A stretch of 64,000 nucleotides of DNA from Carcharhinus longimanus (GCA_030264375.1 JASCQW010000168.1:12622197-12686196), one strand, 5' to 3'. Counted from the stretch's first letter, positions 13,660 through 27,496 are shown. Made by a program: numbers and translations. The notes: generated by a model from the sequence alone, not told the origin.

Positions 13660-13743
13660 CCAACTCAGTTATCATTGGTATGTTGGCTCCAATGTTTTTT
13701 TCCTGACTGAATGAAACCAAAGGGAGCAATTTGCCAGGTTTAA
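13660..13743 (-). CDS. KCNMA1: Alternative cassette exon (Slo27/Ca27 equivalent), 84 nt, 28 aa: (V)KPGKLLPLVSFSQEKNIGANIPMITEL
   Basis: Within ORF 13502..13819; resembles the mammalian insert AKPGKLPLVSVNQEKNSGTHILMITEL as recalled; acceptor ctcattcattattag|TT, donor TTGG|gtaagc; phase 1-1, frame-preserving; sits directly before the calcium-bowl exon. Confidence 0.92.
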
Positions 13744-16700
13744 CTAATAATGAATGAGAAATTGGTAAACAGGAGAGTACAAAGACATAAGAAAGAGAAC
13801 ATTCAGGTAATACGTTCAAGAGGCACCAAAATTAGAGAACCAGTTCATTAAATATTTACCATTCCAAGAAACAGTTTCTAAGAACAGGTTTTAATTAAAT
13901 AGGTAACAATGAAAAAACGCTTAAGCATATATTAAAGTAACAGTAAAGGTTTCTTGAACTCTTTAGGAACCACCTTTATATGTCTGTTGGTCATTGGGAA
14001 AGGTTAATTTGTACAATTGTTTTTCCAATTTTCTCTTTTCCTTGAAGGCATCATGACACTTCCCACCTTACAGTATCTCACCCAAGTGGCACTTCATTGT
14101 TGAACTTGCCTGTTAATTCTGATCCTGCTTTCATTAAAGTCAATACAAGAGGCTTTGGAGAATGACCAGGGGCAGAGATACTGCCCAACTTTTCTCCTTC
14201 CTAATCATGTCAGCTGAAATTAACTGACGATACAAACCAGGAGGGCCGTTGGGATTTTTCTGCTCTGTACGAGTCTACTGGCAATATAATCACCAGGGTC
14301 TTTTTTCACCCACCAACACCACCGCCCTGCCCCCCTCCCTCCCCCTGCACCCCCCCAACTCCCCCACCACACTTCAGGAAATACAATACTTTTACAGAAA
14401 GCGCTTGTTGTCCTTGAAAGAAAAACTTCAAGAAGTTATTATTATGAAAATTACCATTGTCAGTTAGTTTCTGTCAGCAGAAATCACACATCACGTATGT
14501 ATAAACAACCCCTGCCAAAAAGCGCAATATTTAATAGTCAGGTGTTCAGTGACTTGCTTCGCTACTGAGAATACAGATTGTGTGCGTCAGTTTGTGAACT
14601 TGAGAAAAATACCATGCATGCATTCACAGAGTGTGAATATTTTGGGTCAGGAATGTGCTATTTATTGTCCACACAATGGAGACAGCTCAGGGCTCAAGTT
14701 GGAGAATGATTAAGTAACGGTAGACTCATCGTAGGAAAACATGCAGAGGCCAGGACACTCATCTCTGCTTACCAAAGGAAATCTTCTGCTTTGACAGAGA
14801 GATGCTTGGCTCACGTGTCTGGGCGAGTAATTAATTTTATTTCTTCAGTTCAGGTGCCTCCTGGCTGAAGTTCAACATGGAATAGAGTGCCAACCTGAAA
14901 TGTATTGGTGCTTGTGGCTGATGCCAGCTGAAGAGATGTCTGATGAGACACTAATGTTCTCCTTTTATACATTTTGGAAAACCTCTCCAACAATGTGGAC
15001 AAGATTTTCTTTATTTGATCACACACTGAACTGTACGATATCCTATTATATGTCACAATGAAATGATAATTGAACAGTCACTTCATAAGTAATATTTGTT
15101 TGTGATTCAGATTAAGATGGCAGCCTTACTTGATTGGCCACATTGCTGCACATCATAAAACACAAATTTCTCTTTAGATTCAACAGGTGGCTTTCTTCAG
15201 AATTCTTCTAGTGCGGGATGAAATATTAAACTCACTGAACATTGTCAACGTCCTCGAGTGCACACGCAATCCCATTACTCCAACTTGAACACATTTTGTC
15301 AAATGTGCAGTTGTCTGCCATGGAAAGAAGGTTGTTTCGAGGCTCTTACTGTTTTAGTTATGGGCAACAGGCAGTGCATTAATATTGCTGCACAGCATCC
15401 AAATGCAGCATTGATCAGAGATGAAAAAGTAGCTCCCATTTTAATGTTATCAAACCAGGTGAGAAATCTTCTGCAGCTCACTGGAGTGTGACAACAGCAA
15501 TTTGATGTCATTTAACATGTCTGCAATTTTTGACAGGTGACAGGACCTGACGTCATCTCAATCATGTAAGGCGGAGATGAGTATAAATGCTGAAGCAAAA
15601 AAGCGAATAGATTTTGTTTCAAGTTGTTTCTGCACATGCAATCACAAACAAAATATATATTGAAGTTTGTGAGTTGTGACAAAATGACTCGGGCTACCAA
15701 AGAATAGTGACATAAATACCGTGTGCGACAGGAAAGAGTGTTATCTGCTACACAATGCATCATGTAATGCACCCATGGTGTACATCTGATCAGCTCATCA
15801 ATACGCTACAAGTGATCTGGATTGTAGATACAGAAGAACACTAAATCGATTAGAGTAAAAAGCAAAAGGGGAAAGTTCACATTGGTGGTAATTATAGTGC
15901 GGACAGTTCTTCAGTTGCAGCCAGCCTGTTAGAAGGTGGATATGAAGATATCTGTGCATTATAGAAAAGGGTCAATGTTAATTTTATCATATAGACAGGA
16001 TCGAAGTTTTGGAGAATAACAGAATCATTTTGCTTATAGGCACTGAGGTTCATTGGTGAATATGTTAGTAATATCATATTTCAGGATTCTTTGTCCATTT
16101 TCCTAGAGAATGGATCTAAATGTGAGTTTTTAAAGAAAAGTTTAGAGTTAAAGGTTTCTTTAAGAGGGTTAACTTTTCAGGACAACTCCATGCTGGGATA
16201 TGAATCTAAAATCAGATGAAAGGAAGTTAATGTGCTAGTCAGAAGTTGTTTTCCCTGGAGTTTAAACATTTAAACATGTTGGTGATTTGTCTCTGTAACA
16301 GATAAACGCTTCACACCTGTCCTGTTGAAAAGTTTTGTTTTGATTTCTTCCTGACAGGTAAGAAGGTTATTCTGATTTTTTTTATGGGAAGGGGATGCTG
16401 TATAGACAAAAGACTATGAAACACAAAAGAGAAAGTAAGTTTGGCCCAAGACTGTAGGATAGAATGTAAAGGAGTTATCATGTTAAATTTGAGTAAAATA
16501 GCTCAATGAAGTGAGTTCATTATTTTAATATGTCACTATACACAGCTAAGTTGAATCTGATTTTAACTTATTTCTATGTATGTTCACCACACTGTGAAAT
16601 AAAGCAGCTTAATGATTTAAACAAAGCTTTGCTTCACCTAATTTAACTTGGTCTTCTGTTGCCGAGAACTAAAGAAACACATGCAAAAAACATGACATCC

Positions 16701-19700
16701 AGTCCAAATTACAAAGGGGTTTGATTATTACATTGTGGATTAACGTACAAGACAGGGGAATGTTAATCAATTTCTATACAAGCTGGGTTCCCCAATTGCT
16801 TCTGGGAGTGTCTAAAGATAACTACAATAGGCTGCATTTATAACAATAAAATAAATTCAATCACAACTGTTGCGTCTCACTTCTTCAGTGTTTGATGAAG
16901 CTTTCATCCTCGTGAAATTGTCCCCAGAATGGAAGGTCTGACATGAATCCAGAGATTCTGCACAAGAGCTGGATATCGAGAGAGTTTCGAATAAAAGCAA
17001 AATAAGTCACGAACTAGGTTCAGCTCAAAGAATAACTTTGCTAGTTGGCTTGTGCTATAGATTGTCACCAAATGCAGGCGATTATGTTTCCGTTCAAGTA
17101 TTCAAATGGGAATTGGATCAATTACCAATTTAGTGAAGTTCAGAGCAGCGCAGGATCTGGTCAGGAAATGGCACAAGGAATATTGGCCAGATAAGGTCGC
17201 AAAATAGAGCCATGGGGATTGCCTGAACAAGCTAGTCTGGTTTCTACATTCTTAAGTACTTATCATAGATTGACAAAGTCAGGTTGCCATGCTTGATGTA
17301 TAATGTACAGCTTCATTGAGAATACAGTGAAGGAACGATTGATAAATCTGTCATATTCCAGTAAAAGTAAAGTTCATTCCTCATTGGTGCTTAGTATCCA
17401 ATTTTTAACTATTTTATTTAAGTCAGCTAAATAAAATAATTAGGAAGGAAAAGCTGCAATTGTTTTGAGGCACTATTCGGTTAATTAAGAGCATATTTCA
17501 TCTAACTACTGCTTTTCTGGGAATCAGACCTGAAGAATAGTATAAATAACTTTTTCCTGGGGATTCTAAATTAAGCATCTTTTCTCCAAGAATAACCTGC
17601 TGCTATTCCTTTGATATATATCGTCTACTGTGGCCTTTCATGTTGTTTCTTAATTAGGTTTAAGCAACCTTTCATCTTAACTTGATTTTCACTCTCTAAT
17701 TTTTTTAATGACTTTTGTGAGAGGCAGCTGCACTGGAATTGAACATGCTTCACTTTCAACAGGAGGCACTCCCAGGTCAAATGGAGCACAGGTAATGAGT
17801 TCAGAGGATGTACACCTCACTCTTATTTGACCAACAATGGGGGCTGACTGCCCATGTGCGATATTATAAAATCATAAACTCTCATGACTTCACCACATAA
17901 TTGCATGGAGTGAATTTCTCCCCACTATTATCCCAAAAAAGCATCATTACTGTTTTAGAACAGGGTTTCTGCTTCCTGAACTAACTACCGACATTGGGCA
18001 AAGACAGCTGGTATTGAATTATTGGAAGTTTTGGGGACACTGGAGCTGCGTGGAATTGCCCAAACTTATTTCACCTTCGGTCTGTTAAAACCAGCAAGAC
18101 AGAGACTTTCATCTCCTCAATGCAGAGTGGGTTTAAGCCTGGATCCAAAGATGAAATATTGGTCCAAAATTTGTCCCATGCCCTCTGACCTGGATATTTG
18201 TCCTCAGACGTTCAACTCAAATTAGATTCATGCTGCACACTGCTGAACACTGAGATGATAACAGCGGAGGACTGGGGTGTTGGTGAGTGATGGTACTAAG
18301 GGCTAAGTTTTGCTGGTCTCTGGGTGGCAGGAGGTTTGTATGGGGGTGCGAGGGGTTGTGATAGGAAGTTAAAATGCCACAAAGCTGCATTGGGAGGGCT
18401 CCTGTTACTGAACCTCTAAACAATTCACTAACCCTATGGAGGGAACCTCAAAGTGATTTCCCTTTGAGAGGGGTGGGAGTTACCCCCCAGCCACTGGGGT
18501 CTGCCTGCCTGCCTGGGCCCAGCAGAGAAAACAATTACCTCCTTCCCCTGTGCGAGCATCTCAAAATGGATATGTCCTCTCATTTTTCTTGCAGCCTGAA
18601 CAGTAGCTACCTCTCTGCCTATCTGATTGGGTTGACAGTGTGGAGAGCCAGCCCCACTAGACGTTGGACTTGGTAGTGGCCAATTAAGAAGACAGTGCCA
18701 GGAAGATTGCAACCTTGAGCCACACATTTTGTTCCAAGACCGGTATTTACCCCTTGCTAATAAAATTCCAACCTAAACGTTTATTCCCTTAATCAGTTAC
18801 ATTCAAGGTCAGAGAGAAACACACTGAATAATAGAGAAGGAAGTCCGGTGAATTTGACAAGAGGTACAAGATCAATTTAATACACTAGAGCAATAAAGGA
18901 ACAAAAGAAAAATTAGATTGGTGAAGAAAACACTGAAGGGAAAAGTAATGAAAAGGTAGAATGGTCAAAATATCTCTAGGAACAATTTTCCACCGTGAGG
19001 TCGAGACTTCACAAATTCAACTGTTCCCTTTCTGAGTGTCCAAAGTTGAGTTTCATGTTTGGGCCAGAAAATCCCCCATTCTTATTGCTGTGGAGTTGCA
19101 GTCCTAACCTTCTGTAGCAAATTTAAATCAGACATGCGGCGCAGTGTCTTGTTGACTTGTTCCCACTTTGTGAGGCTAATGGTGCAATTTGAGGTGATTT
19201 GCTACTCATGGCACCTCTCTTTTCACCGCAAATTGCTGGGTCATTTATGCACTAATAACTGCGTGCACCTTATTTTTCCAACAAAATCTGGGCCAATGCT
19301 ACTCGCTATGCTACCTAGGCACCAGCTCATTAATGCAAACACTCCAGAAGCTATTGTACCTTTAAAAGAAAGTCAAAAGGTTACTGTATGTTTTCATCAT
19401 GATAACCAGGTTCCACACATGAAGGGAAAAAGGATTATTACAATTATAGCAGATTTCATATGACATGTTTAATATATCCTAGACAGAGCCTTTATCATAA
19501 CTAACGACAATTATCTCCTAGTGAACTTGCAGTAATCATGTCACGGTTGTTAACCTCTGGTGTAAATACTGACATAAGTGACTGCACTTCAAAAAAGTAG
19601 TTCATTGTGTGAAACACTTAAGAGACATTTCAATGTGGGAAGGTTTTAAACGCAAGTCTTATTACTGTTGAGTTGAAATGAATCAAGGATATGAAGCATT

Positions 19701-20199
19701 GTGTCAGTGCCAGAACTGAAATCAGGGAGTATAGAGGTGAAATATTCAGGGATTTCTATTTGGTTATGGTAGGATTGCAACACAGTTCATATCAAAAGAA
19801 CAATATTATGTTAACAATCAGTTTGCAAGAGGTTAAACTCACTAACACAGCTCCGATTAATATGAATTAGATCTCGATGAACCTGCTAGTGAAGTGTTTC
19901 TTCCTCCACACAACTTAGTTTCACTCCCATGACTGTAGGGTTAATATTTCTGGGGTCCAGACCACCAGAACACAATGACAGTTCACATTGGTCATTCACT
20001 CTTATCTCTGCCCTAACCTAAGCTCAAATATTCTTTGTTCAATATGGTATTGGAAGATCAGCAGTTTAGTGATCCCATATTCCTGAAACGCTGGTTCATA
20101 ACAAGTTTTTGGAAGCATTGTCACAAATTATGATCTTACAATCATAATATCCAATATTCTCATGCTTATACTGAGCCTGTTTCCATGTCACGATATTCT

Positions 20200-20532
20200 T
20201 GCCTATCCCTGTCTGTGTAATCTCCTCTAACCCAATAATCCTTCAAGATATCGGTTATCATCTAAGTCTAGCCTCTTGAACTTCCCTTATTTTACTTGCT
20301 CCATCACTGGTGGTTATAATTTCTGCTGCTCAGGCCCTAAACTCCTGTCTACTCATCTACCTCGCATTCCTGCTTTAAGGTACACCTTAAAACCTTTGAG
20401 CTAGTTTTTAGTCACCTGACTTAATATCTCCTCATGTTGTTCAGTGTCATATTCTGTTTTATAATATACCTATGAAATGCCTTGGGTATATTATTGGGTT
20501 AAAGGCACTATATAAACATATGCTTTTGTTAT
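20200..20532 (+). mobile_element. L2-like LINE 3' end
   Basis: cctatccctgtctgtgtaatctcct...ccttaaaacc...ttaaaggcactatataaa...ttgttattg. Confidence 0.65.
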
Positions 20533-22134
20533 TGCAGTCGAAAATCCACTCATGCACTACTGGTCCGTCTTAAAAAACTCTGAAAAAAGTTACACCTTGT
20601 TGAAAAGTTACTGCTTGCTAAAAAGTTACATTTAGTTGAATGAGGTGTAATTGGGCTTTTGGTAACATACTAATTTTATAAATCACTCCTAAACACCCTC
20701 ACTGGCCCTGAAAAGCTAATTTTACACAATGCAATGTCAAATTTATCCACTATGATTAAAACATGACATTTTTAAAACAAAATGTTTTTCTGTTTAATTA
20801 AACTTGTTTATCTTTGTTTTAGCTTTTTTCTTGATGTATTCATAACTTATTTCACTATGTGATTGGTTGCTTATGGTTGGCTATGCTGGTGATTGGCTAG
20901 CAACAACTAGCATCCACTGTCGCCAATTGGTTCAATTTCCAACTGGCAACTGGATTCAACTATTGAACTGGTTTTCCCACGTTAAGACATCCCTTTCACT
21001 TGAAGCCAGATTGAAATGGTCAGTGGAAAAGGGCAAAATCCCACCACAAAGGTTACCCATCTTTTGTTGGAAGCTTTCTTGAAAATCAGTGGCAAGCACC
21101 CTTCCTCACAGACCACAAGATCTAGGACATTGGAACATCAGTAAACAAGTTGCAGATGTTGTAGTAGCACTGACTGAAGTTAAAAAGATGAGTGTTCTTC
21201 AGGTTCAACAAAATCTATTTTAAATACACAACATTACTGAGGCTACAACTACATTTGGTCAGCACTGCACTTCCCAACCCAATTTGTTAAAGATAAATGC
21301 GTGACAGGGTATTGAGTCCTAATGACTAAGGATCGTTCATAGGTCTGTGCTGAATTTGCTGATCTCAGCTAGGATGATTGAGGTTGTCCATAGCATCCTT
21401 TGGCTAAGGGAAGAAAATAAATTGGCATGGTTTGACCCTGAGACTTTCTAGGTCTAAATGACTCAGTACCGTTTCCCACATTTATCCACAGGCCATTAGG
21501 GGTGAGCAGACAGTGCTGACTGGGCTAGCAATGTCTTCAATAATGTTCTAAAGTAATATGGATTTCCTTGAGAAATGAACAGTTGTCTTTTGACCTTTGA
21601 TCAGTCAGGTTGCAACAATCTGTACATAAGCATTACAGCAGAAGCCCTTGAGCACAATGGATCTGAATTCTGTCCATATCATCGAACAATTAGCTAGAGT
21701 GGGAATGCCAGCCATTGACCAACATGTCTGTGCTGCAGTCCCCAAAGGTTTCAGACTTGCATTTCCATTACATTTGACCCAGGAATCTACAGCTACCAGC
21801 TCCGGTTTCAACTAGAATAGCTTTTTGTATGAAATCATTGCTGTTAGGTTTTAGGAAACATTCTCAAATCAAGCATTAAGAATATTGAGATAATAAATAA
21901 CTACTTATTTTACAACATATAATTTACAGAGCTTCACTGGTAAGTTCTGTTGTGAGGTAAAGCTAAAGCAAGGTAAATCAGAAGATAAAAAAGCCAGAGT
22001 TTTTAAAGCTTTGCTCCCATTAAGTAGGGAATCTAAATTCCCAAAATGTAATCTATTGTCTCATGTTATTTATTGGACCAGGCAGAAGTAAAATTCAAGA
22101 GTACACCTTTTTTGCTATGAACAGCTTCCTGTTA

Positions 22135-22700
22135 AATCATTCACATGTGGGTGTCACTGATCAGGCCAGTATTTATTGCCAAAGGCATCTTTGACAATTC
22201 ACCAATGCTTCTGTGACAGTATCTTCCAAACCCACGACGCTCACCGCCGAGTGAAGGGCAACAAGTGCATGGAAACCACCAAGATCCTCTCCACATCGTT
22301 CTGACTTGGAAATAATCAACATTCCTTCACTGATGCTGGGTTAAAATCCCTAAACACCCCTGAGAATGTGGTGATGAGCCACCCTATTAAACTGCTGCAT
22401 TCCGAGTAGAGAAGGTATACCCACAGTTCAGCTTTGTAGGATTTTGACCTAGTGTCAATGAGGTACTGGCAGTATCTTTCTAAGGCAGAATAATGTGCAA
22501 CTTGGAGAGGAACTCATGGTTGGCAGTGTTTCCATGCACCTACTGCCCTTATCCTAGGTGGTAGAGGTCACAGGTCTGGAAGGTGCTGTCACAGGAGCCT
22601 TGGTGAGTTGCTGCAAAGCATCCTGTATGCAGCATGTGCTGTAGCCACACTTCAAGATGAAAGGCATGACTGTATAAGGTTATGGATGGGGTGCCAATCA
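22135..22700 (-). mobile_element. 3' end of a CR1-supergroup LINE (family not assigned) with an oppositely oriented fragment of the same family nested at ~22200-22360
   Basis: Tail tcattcacatgtggg...tttattgcc; body ggattttgacc...ggaaggtgctgtc...ggggtgccaatca; 22213-22352 is a diverged reverse complement of 22437-22592. Confidence 0.65.
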
Positions 22701-22947
22701 TTTATAGACAGAGTATGTGTGTGGCTTTCCTGACAATTTCCTTTCAGTAGAATTAACTTTTGCAAATACCAGGTAAGGAAGGAGTCGCTGAGGCATGAAA
22801 CCTAATTTATAAGCTTNNNNNNNNNNGTTTGTGACAAATGGCAAATATGTCAAATGACTGACATTGCAACATGACTAATATACACCATATTCCCGACTAA
22901 CGGGTTAAAACAAACATAGCCGAGAGGAGGAAATCTGACCTTCTTAC

Positions 22948-23061
22948 CTAGCTCAGTCATCATTGGGATGTTGGCCCCAGTGGTGACAGAGGTCTGTCGG
23001 ACCAGACCATGGACTGGGCTGTTGTCTGGTGAAGCTCTGTCCATTCCTGGAGGTGTGAATC
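22948..23061 (-). CDS. KCNMA1: BK channel exon, 114 nt: (G)[37 protein letters not shown]
   Basis: Within ORF 22850..23122; acceptor ttctcattccag|GA, donor CTAG|gtaaga; phase 1-1; includes the RQxS motif corresponding to the mammalian RQPS PKA site. Confidence 0.97.
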
Positions 23062-25023
23062 CTGGAATGAGAAGAAATAATTGAGTCAGAAAATCTACCA
23101 CTAGGACACTTAGCTGCCTCATTTAGAAAAAGAAAATCCAGGTGCATTCTTGTTCACAAATGTGATCATAGTTTGATTTTCTGATAGCTTTAAGTTGATG
23201 CATTTCAGTGCAAGAACTAACTTAAGGCAACTGACCACTACTCAATGCAAGTTTGATTAAATAGTACAGGTAAAAATGAAAATTTTTGACTTTTCTTGCA
23301 CAAAACCATCAAGGATGTTAGCGCAGTTGTCAAAATGTAACTTTATCTGCGCTCCATCTACAAAAAGATCAGCTTGAAGCTGAGAAGTAAAATGCTACAG
23401 TAAGCTCTCATTATAAAGCCCTCTGATGTGCCACAGTTTCTGATACAACATGCGTTGCTGATAAATAAAGTATACACAAACTCCCCGAGTTGCTAGAGTC
23501 CCACTACTGAAACATGATATTTGTATGGCTCCCGAAGGGAGTGTTATAGTGAAGGGCTACAGTACAAAGGAAGCTGACAGCATCTTAAGTTCAGAGAAAT
23601 GACATATGCTTTAAAGCCAAACAATTCTTCTCACCACCACCCTAGCCCCCCAAAAAAAATTGTTAAGAATTCTAATTGAAGTGGTAGCATCAACTGAGCA
23701 AACACTCCTCAATTTGGGAATATGTGAAGAACAGTAAAAATCAACTCCAGTAGCTCTTCTAAAACTGAGTTCCTCCCCTCTTTTCTATCTTGGTAGATCA
23801 GAAACTCCACATTGCAAGCTTTTATTCTAAACTCAGTTTTGGTTTAGGTACTCGCATTAATGTTTCACCATACAAGCAGGAACCTGAAATAATTTCATCA
23901 ATAAAGGTCACTTGATACTTATTTAGTATTTACAGTTTCCCATCATGTTGCAGATATTAATTTTACATGTTCTCCATTTTGGTACTACATAGCAAACATA
24001 AACCCTTTTTATCAGAAATGTTAACGTTCAGAATCCTACCCACCCACCCCCCCACCGCTCCCTCCATAAACATGCCATTTCTTTGAAGTCATGGAACTTG
24101 ACATTTTTCATTTTCCATGTTGACAAGTCAACACCTAAAGCCAGTAATGCTGTATACATAATACATAGACTTCAGGTTTTTTTTTGAGAGGGCTTCAGGC
24201 CATTAGTTAATGCTGACACAATAAAACCCAAGCTGCTGGGTTTTGAATTGTTATCTTTTAAAAAAAATGATCCCAGAGTTTTAGACAAAACACATTCTTC
24301 CACTTGCTTTAAGTAATGCTGCCCAAAATTGCTCTTTTGAAATGGAAATCTTTCTGAGATATTAATGACATATTTTATGTTTCCAAAAAGCTTTGGCTTA
24401 AATGAAGAATAATATTCAATAGAATGCTGGGGACGAATCTTCTCGAGAGATGATCGAGCTCAGTTAAGTCAATCAAAGTGTGATATTTATTCAAGATTTT
24501 GTCTTTTTAAATAACTTGTGTTAACAGTTGTTGTTGAAGGGGATTTGTAATGTATCTCGCAGGGTTATAATAACAAAAAGAAATCAAGAGCCTTTATTGT
24601 TTTCATGCAAATTTCTTGGCTGCAGTTTTGTTCTCTGTATGTTGGAGCTCAGTGTGGCTTGAAAAGCTCAACGTATACAAATTGCCTGCAACTAGAGGAA
24701 AAAAATACACAAAGGAAGAGTGAGTGAATGAGGAGGTCAAAATACCTGGAAACAAAACAATTTAAATCACTAAACCAGAACAAAATGAAATGTGATTTTT
24801 TAAAAAAAAGAATCAAATAGCTTTAGCCGATCGAAACTTGATTTCTATTACCTTTCACCCACTGCCTTATTTCAAACAATTGTTTTGTGTTTAATTCCTT
24901 TCCTGTCTCAATAAAAACTGAACTTACTTTGAGTTCTGAATGCTGACAGATTCACGTTAATAAACAAGATATTTAAAAGTCTCCAGAAAATCCAGTACTC
25001 GATGAAAAAGAAAACACGTACAT

Positions 25024-25350
25024 GGGGTGGCACGATGGTTAGCACCGCTACCTCACAACGCTAGGGACCTGGGTTCGATTTCAGCCTTGGGTGACTGTGT
25101 GGAGTTTGCACGTTCTCCTCGTGCCTGTGTGGGTTTCCACAGGACTCTCCAGTTCCTTCCCACACTCCAAAGATGTGCAGTCTAGGTGGCCTGGCCTTGG
25201 TAAATTGCCCTTTAGTGTCCAAAAGCTGGGTAGGTTAGGTAGATGCGTGGCAGTTACGGACATGGTGGTGGGGAGCGGTTTCAGTGTGTTGGTGCAGATT
25301 CGATGGGCCAAATGGCCTCTCTCTGCACTGTAAGAATTCTATGGTTCTAT
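25024..25350 (+). mobile_element. HE1-like SINE, near full length
   Basis: ggtggcacgatggttagcac, ggttcgatt, V-domain, tail atgggccaaatggcctctctctgcactgtaagaattctatggttctat. Confidence 0.88.
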
Positions 25351-27496
25351 GCTAATGCTTACAGTGCAGAAGAGGGCCTATTGAGGCCCTTCTGCATCAT
25401 TTCCAAATCAACATCTCACAGCTTGTCCAAAGCATATTTAATATTCTTAGTGCCTTTAATATTCTTGTGCCTTCAGCACAACTTCCATGCAGAAATAAGA
25501 TAGATGGAAAGACAGTCATGGCACACAGGACTATATTTGTATTATTATTCTTTAGACCTACTTGAGAGAAGTCTAACCATTTATTGCTTTTAACACTTCA
25601 GCCCACAGAGGATTCCTGTAGAAGATGCTGTCTTATACTATGTACTGCACTGTTCAGACAATACAACTCCCATGTTGTTTGAGACTCTTAGTTACTGTAG
25701 TTGGGCACGAGAGCTAATATGGAAATAATAAAAAAGAAAACTGACAGCGTGCCTCTGTAGTATCAGTGACAGACATCCCACATTGTCTGAGGATACTTTT
25801 ATGGGAAACAGAGATTGAGACACCAACTGACATATTTTAAGATGGTAATGATTGTATGATGTTCAGCAGATAGTGAACTAAAACAATTGTCAAATAGAAG
25901 AACAATCAGTGAACATCATGATAAATAAAACTCAATGACTGGATTAAATACTTGTTAATATCACATTAGTATCTCCTGCAACATAAATTATGTAAATTTC
26001 ACACCAAAGCTTATGTGAAAATTATGCAGATTATAACTTGATTAGGCTTTTATCATGAGACCCAATTTGGCTTTTTTATCTATTAAGCTTCAATAAATGA
26101 GGCATCTGAATAGCTCCCTTGAGCAGCTGCAGTAATAACTACACCAGCAGTTATTTCAGCTTTTGATGTTAAAGTAGTTCTACATGTACAAAGAGTGTAG
26201 TGGGGGTGGGGGCAAAGGATTGTTCATCTTAATGTACAAGTTTATATTTCAGGGAGGATAATCCAAAGTGGCTTTGACAAATCAAGGACATGGAAGATGC
26301 TGTCAGAACGCCTCGGATAGTGCAGAATATACATACAGTAATGATATATTAACACCGATTTAATACATGTTATTGAAATTGCAGTGAGCCATCGAAATCT
26401 CCATTCAGCTTGGCAGGACTGTAATATTCTGCCAGGTGGGAGGAGCTGTAAAATCCTGGCCAGGCAGGCTATCAAATGGCAATGTAGTCACTATACATGT
26501 TTGGTAAGAAGCAATTTATAATCTATTAAGGACTAGGTTAGCCTTTGTTGACTCCTCTCTTAATTAAAGCATCTTACACACTCTGAAAGCCCAAAAACAC
26601 CAGCTACTGAAAAGATATGCCGTAGAGCCAACTAAAAGTATGTTTAACGTTTGCATTCACAATACAAACAATTGCCAGAACTTTCCAGCCTTTCATGCTG
26701 GCGGGATCTTCCAGTTCCGCCAATGGCGCACCGCACCGCGGGTTTCACAGCAGCAAAGGGTGCTTTCAATGGGAAACCCTGTTGACAACAACAGGACCAG
26801 ACAATCCCAGCGTGCAGCTTGGGAAATCCTAACATGGGAGGAAATATGTGGTAGGGAAGACCTTCAATAAAATGTTACTTTATTGAAATTAGGATCCTGA
26901 CCTTCCTGGGCAGAAACCTCAATATGTCACTGGCGAGGGGTGAGGAAAATCAGAAAGCAAGATTTTGCCAATGAGATTCTCACTTTGAGCCTCATGAGAT
27001 TTTGTGCCCATATTATTGCAAATCACAATGAATGTCTTCCCCAAATTAAATGTTGGCTCAGATCAAAAGCCTGCTTCCATAATGGTGCAAAAGGAAGTGT
27101 TGACTACAGCTTCTATGCTATTCCACCTACGTTCCTGAAAGAGTGCAGAGGTGAGGGTTGGTGTTGGTCTCGGTCTCAAGCCCCGGTATGATGTGCAACT
27201 TGTTGTTTCAGTATCCGTGTTATTGTATAAACTCCCCATCTGGTTCAGTCAATGGAAGAGCTTTTCCTATTACACACTGGACTCTGTGTCTTGGGAATTT
27301 CCATATGTGCTTGAGGACATTCATAGGGAATGACATGGGACTGGATCTCATCTGGTTTGTACCTTTTTGGAACCCCCATTTTAATATGGAGATGAAAGAT
27401 ATATGTGGATGATGAATTATATATACATATTCAAAATGCTTTGTACTTGTAAAGAACCAGAAAGAACAATTTGATGTTGCAGAATACTGCAAATTT

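Noticed and set aside
14773-14818. Strong donor TTTG|gtaagc upstream of the cassette exon
   Set aside because: All nearby acceptors give 10, 13, 16 or 46 nt exons; none preserves frame or resembles Slo1.
20583-20640. Three ~20-bp aaaagttac repeats, plus similar short tandem duplications at ~28570-28600 and ~63670-63750
   Set aside because: Ordinary degenerate tandem repeats; no repeat-spacer structure, and the context is a vertebrate intron, so not CRISPR.
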